From: a virus
Taxonomy: Duplodnaviria; Caudoviricetes
IMG/VR virus record: IMGVR_UViG_3300022178_001754
Location: 1-30,099 of that record
DNA: 30,099 nt
Reading direction: 5' to 3' (one strand)
Shown: positions 26,202 to 30,099 of the stretch, in pieces
How positions within the stretch are numbered: the stretch's first letter is position 1
How the letters are laid out: the number at the start of each line of letters is the position of its first letter
Notes under the pieces: generated by a model
Seen by the model: the letters and a program-made list of their open reading frames with translations, nothing else
What the model was told of the DNA's origin: nothing
Database searches by the model: none
Made by a program: the position numbers and the translations under genes

Positions 26202-27170
26202 ATGTCAACCATTAAATTAAAAAGAAGTGCAGTTGCGGGTAAAGTCCCGACAACAGCCAGTCTAGCATTAGGCGAAGTCGCACTTAATACGTATGACGGA
26301 AAACTGTACATAAAGAAAGATGTTGGTGGAGTAGAATCCATTGTATCCTTCGCAGGTGCAGCAGGAGCATCATCAGCCGCAGAGTCAACTGTTTATCTTG
26401 ACACTGGTACAGGTGATGGAACTACCGCAACGTTCACTATGTCGGTCACCCCGGCTGCTGAACAGAATATATTCGTATATCTCAATGGAGTGCTTCAGCA
26501 CACATCTGAGTATTCGTATTTGGGTCCAATCCTAACATTCACAACAGCTCCTGAGCTTGACGATGAGATCGAAGTTCGTATCATCGCAACACTATCAGCT
26601 GCCGTCTCAATCCGAGACTATAAGAATTTTCTATACACATTCGCCACTTCTCAGCAGACCTTCACTGGCGCTGATGATAACGGTGATGTGCTTGCTTACG
26701 ATGTAGGCAAAGTCGAGGTCTATGCAAACGGTATTAGACTCGTAAACGGTGATGATTATACGGCCACAGGTGGTACTTCAATTGTACTGCAACAGCCAAT
26801 AACATCCGGCATCGTAGAGATCGTCTCTCTGGCACGAGCAGCATTCCTCAATCGTGACGCACTCAATCCAGTAGAATCAGCTCTAACTACAACAGACGTA
26901 AATCAAGTGGCTGATGCATTCCTAGCGACTACATACAGAACTGCCAAATACTTGGTACAGATGTCCACAAGTACAGCATTTCATTCAACCGAAGTACTGC
27001 TCATTCATGACGGAACGACTGTTTATATGACCGAATTTGGAACAATCTATTCCGGTAGTAGCCTAGGCACCATTGATGGCGACATCGTTGGTGGTGAGGT
27101 TCGGTTACTTGTTTCTCCGGCGAATGTTGACACTACAGTCAAAGCACAACGATTAACGGTGGCAGTATAA
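26202..27170 (+). CDS. Virion structural / fibre-associated protein
   Basis: IKLKRSAV.GK.P....L.LGEVALNTYDGKLY N-terminus, two beta-sandwich-like repeats containing V(Y)xNG(V/I), and C-terminal YRTAKY.VQ......E.L.IHDG. Confidence 0.8.
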   Translation: MSTIKLKRSAVAGKVPTTASLALGEVALNTYDGKLYIKKDVGGVESIVSFAGAAGASSAAESTVYLDTGTGDGTTATFTMSVTPAAEQNIFVYLNGVLQHTSEYSYLGPILTFTTAPELDDEIEVRIIATLSAAVSIRDYKNFLYTFATSQQTFTGADDNGDVLAYDVGKVEVYANGIRLVNGDDYTATGGTSIVLQQPITSGIVEIVSLARAAFLNRDALNPVESALTTTDVNQVADAFLATTYRTAKYLVQMSTSTAFHSTEVLLIHDGTTVYMTEFGTIYSGSSLGTIDGDIVGGEVRLLVSPANVDTTVKAQRLTVAV

Positions 27171-27171
27171 T

Positions 27172-28026
27172 ATGACAACTAAGATAAAACACAGTAATAT
27201 AACCCAGCCGTTAGTCGGTGCGTTCGTAGTAGATGGTGCTATAACATCATCCTCTTTAAACACTAATGCTATAACGTCAACCTCCATAGATAATGGGGTC
27301 AATGCTATAACGACCGGATCTATAGCAACTACCGGCGATGTTGGTATTGGTGTAGCTGTTCCCGTTGCTAGACTTCATATAGATGGAGCTGAAGACGCTA
27401 CTGGCGGCATCACGCTATCAGCTGGTGCTCAGAACCATCAGTGGTTCCTGTCTTCTGATTTTGTAAACGTACATAACATTGCAACAAGCTCCGCTGGCGC
27501 TGCTCATACTTGGCAGACTAACAGCGTTGAGCATATGCGGATTGATGGGTCAGGCAATGTCGGGATTGGCACGACTGCTTCAAGAAAGCTTACGATAAAA
27601 GGTGGTACTGGAGACAACCTTCCGGTTAGAGTTATCGGTGGAACTGGTACTACTAAGGCCCACATGGAGTTCCAAGACCCAACAACCACCGCTGATTATA
27701 AAGTTACAATAGGGTCCATAGGTGATTCCCTTACCTTTAACGCTGGTGGTACAGAGCGTATGATTCTGTCGGCAACAGGAGATCTAACGGTATCTATCGG
27801 AGATGTGTTACCTGGAACCAATACTCAAGACTTAGGTAGCGTTGCTAGTCCTTGGCAGAACATCTACACACAGGATTTAGTACTTTCTAACGAATCACGA
27901 GCTGAAGGTAACTCTGTTGATGGGACTAAGGGTAACTGGACAATCCAAGAAGGCGAAGAGCACTTGTACATCATAAACAATAAGAATGGTAAGAAGTATA
28001 AATTCGCACTTGAGGAGATCATGTAA
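27172..28026 (+). CDS. Short tail fibre-like protein
   Basis: G(D/N)VGIG repeats, E.MRI.G.G, DLGS...PW.NIYT.DL.LSNE and GNWTIQEGEE.LYIIN.K.GKKYKF.L.E C-terminus. Confidence 0.8.
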   Translation: MTTKIKHSNITQPLVGAFVVDGAITSSSLNTNAITSTSIDNGVNAITTGSIATTGDVGIGVAVPVARLHIDGAEDATGGITLSAGAQNHQWFLSSDFVNVHNIATSSAGAAHTWQTNSVEHMRIDGSGNVGIGTTASRKLTIKGGTGDNLPVRVIGGTGTTKAHMEFQDPTTTADYKVTIGSIGDSLTFNAGGTERMILSATGDLTVSIGDVLPGTNTQDLGSVASPWQNIYTQDLVLSNESRAEGNSVDGTKGNWTIQEGEEHLYIINNKNGKKYKFALEEIM

Positions 28027-30099
28027 TGGCTATCATAAAAACCGCAGTTGATGCAACGATTGCCGTAACAGCAGTCGATACGTTCATATATGATACCCGA
28101 AAGGATTCGGACGGCGGTGCATGGCGTAAGCGTACTCAGAATACCAGTTGGTATAATGAGGAACTAAACACTGCCACTCGTGGATCACGCAAAGAGTTTC
28201 CCACCGTTGCTGTGATTGTGGCTGAAGCTGATAAAGTTACCATCTACGATGGTGATGATTCAGCTCTGCCAATGTGGATGGTGTTTCAAAGACCGGGAAC
28301 TGGTAGTGTAGCGGCATTAGGAATGCTGGCTGTGCAAACGGGCATAAAGAGTATGATGGTAAACGGTATTCTTGCAAGCTCGGGAAGAGGATCATGGGGT
28401 GAAGGGCTAACAACAATATCTTTTATAGATGAAAAAGCTATATATAACAAATCCGCAACAGTTTATGCTTCACAAAAAAATATAGCAGATAGAAATTTAT
28501 CTGGAGGATATATCCAGATTGATTATGTGACTGGTATCGTCTTCGCCGCAGCCAACGACGTAGCCATGACCGTCCTTCCCAACGCACCAATAGACCCTGC
28601 CACTGGACTACCTGTCCCGACTATTGCTGTTGCTACTGATGGCGGCGTGAGTGTGATTAAGGATAATGGGACTGTTGTTGATATAACTCAGTCATCTGGG
28701 GCAACATATAGTTACTCATACCTAGTGCGATTCAAGAACGGTCTACTATTCTTTGGTTTAGATAATAATGGAATTTCTGGTGGACGTAGGTATTATTTAA
28801 GGAGCATACCTTCAAGTGACATTGTGTTGACTTACAATGACATATCATTAATCGTATCTACATCTGAAACGGATGGTGTGCCTGTCCCTTTATCCACTGG
28901 TAGGTTTAAGTTGTATGATAAGGTTGGGATAGGCTCTATTTCTGGCCTAACACTCCTAGACGAAAACCCAGCAACCCCATCAAAAGGCTCTGTAGCCTAC
29001 ATAACCTCAGACTACAACACAGGCTGGATGAACGGTGACATCAAGTTAGCTACCCTTTCGGATACTGATACGACTGATGTTGTTGGTACTGAGTTGGTGA
29101 CTAATGGTGATGGTGGCACTACTACAGGGTGGACTGCTTATAACGCTGTAATTTCATCGGTGGGAGGAAAGCTACGGGTAAGTGATAGCGCCAATGCTGG
29201 TAGTTGGTCGTCAGCAGTACAAGAATTAACAGGCATGGTTAGTGGGGAGCTTTATACACTGTCAATGGATGTTGATGTAATTAGTGGGGCAACTGCCCAC
29301 TTCGGACTAAATGGGGATGCTACAACCGCTCCCGACCGTCAGGTGGACCCCGATATTGGTAGTATGACTTACACCAATACATTTATAGCAGATGAACATA
29401 ATTTCCTATATGTGGGGGCAGGTGGAACAGGTGTAGTAGACCTAGACAACATCTCAGTACGCCTAGCAGAACCAGACCGCAGTGCTAACGGCAACGGTCT
29501 CCAAGTATTCGGCACAGTCAACAAGACGGCCGTAGCAACGGGTGCTGACCTTGTAGGGTACAGTGGGTTTAGTTCTAGTAATTATTTAAGTCAGCCTTAT
29601 AACAGTGATCTGGACTTTGGTACTGGTGACTTTAGTGTGATGGGTTGGGTTAATTTGACAGGTGATGATGAGGCTATCATCGATAGAGGTAACGGCGTAG
29701 ATTCGACTAATAGAATACAATTTCATGTATTCAACAACGCACTTCGCATGGTAACAGCAGGCACCACCATTATAGCGGGAGGGGCTGTTGCAGATGGGGC
29801 GTGGTCACACTTTAGCTTCAAGCGGCAAGGTGGCGTAGGCACTTGTTACTTAAATGGCATAGCGGTAGCTAGCGGCAATTGTACTGATAATCTATCAGGT
29901 AATTTTTCAACAAAGGTCGGTGTGAGCCACACGCTAGCTAACCCAATGTCAGGTTCCTTAGCACTCCTCCGAATCTCAGCAACAGCCCCAACCGCTGAAC
30001 AGATAGCCAAAATCTACAACGACGAGAAGCCTCTCTTCCAAGAGAATGCTCAAGCAACTCTGTACGGCACCTCAGACGCTGTAACAGCCATTGCATATG
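28026..30099 (+). CDS. Modular tail / receptor-binding protein with CBM-like and LamG (ConA-like) domains, truncated by the window end
   Basis: Manual translation from ATG 28026 (TAATG overlap) is open for 691 codons to the window end: MAIIKTAVDATIAVTAVDTFIYDTRKDSDGGAWRKR... CBM-like ELVTNG...GW...Q...G..YT.S...DNISVR at about 29091-29462. LamG-like DFGTGDFSVMGW...WSH...R.GG....YLNG at about 29610-30020. Not in the supplied ORF track. Confidence 0.88.
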   Translation, partial: MAIIKTAVDATIAVTAVDTFIYDTRKDSDGGAWRKRTQNTSWYNEELNTATRGSRKEFPTVAVIVAEADKVTIYDGDDSALPMWMVFQRPGTGSVAALGMLAVQTGIKSMMVNGILASSGRGSWGEGLTTISFIDEKAIYNKSATVYASQKNIADRNLSGGYIQIDYVTGIVFAAANDVAMTVLPNAPIDPATGLPVPTIAVATDGGVSVIKDNGTVVDITQSSGATYSYSYLVRFKNGLLFFGLDNNGISGGRRYYLRSIPSSDIVLTYNDISLIVSTSETDGVPVPLSTGRFKLYDKVGIGSISGLTLLDENPATPSKGSVAYITSDYNTGWMNGDIKLATLSDTDTTDVVGTELVTNGDGGTTTGWTAYNAVISSVGGKLRVSDSANAGSWSSAVQELTGMVSGELYTLSMDVDVISGATAHFGLNGDATTAPDRQVDPDIGSMTYTNTFIADEHNFLYVGAGGTGVVDLDNISVRLAEPDRSANGNGLQVFGTVNKTAVATGADLVGYSGFSSSNYLSQPYNSDLDFGTGDFSVMGWVNLTGDDEAIIDRGNGVDSTNRIQFHVFNNALRMVTAGTTIIAGGAVADGAWSHFSFKRQGGVGTCYLNGIAVASGNCTDNLSGNFSTKVGVSHTLANPMSGSLALLRISATAPTAEQIAKIYNDEKPLFQENAQATLYGTSDAVTAIAY

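Noticed and set aside
28474-28480. A7 run as a programmed frameshift or phase-variation site
   Set aside because: The frame stays open through it, the run is short and the surrounding segment is AT-rich.
1-30099. Apparent abundance of GATC/TCGA/CTAG palindromes, hinting at modified DNA
   Set aside because: Impression only. It needs observed/expected k-mer counts that I cannot compute, and no modification genes lie in this window.

Overview
A virion-morphogenesis region of a T4-like myophage. A partial head-completion nuclease gene (gp4-like) lies on the minus strand. It is divergent from a tightly packed plus-strand late cluster: gp48-like tail-tube cap, gp53, hub protein, gp5 (no lysozyme domain recognisable), a large M15A peptidase-bearing protein, gp25, gp6, gp7-like, gp8-like, a VrlC/DUF4815-like 1788-aa protein and a series of tail fibre/receptor-binding genes. 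Several T4-type late promoters (TATAAATA and variants) are present. The most unusual signal is in the last ORF (28026 to the window end, not in the supplied ORF track): synonymous third positions flip repeatedly between almost purely C/A-ending and almost purely G/T-ending runs, framing module-sized segments and suggesting a cassette-exchange architecture. Also notable are two structured intergenic elements, a palindromic bidirectional late promoter and several repeat insertions in baseplate proteins. All family assignments come from motif recognition and synteny, not database searches.
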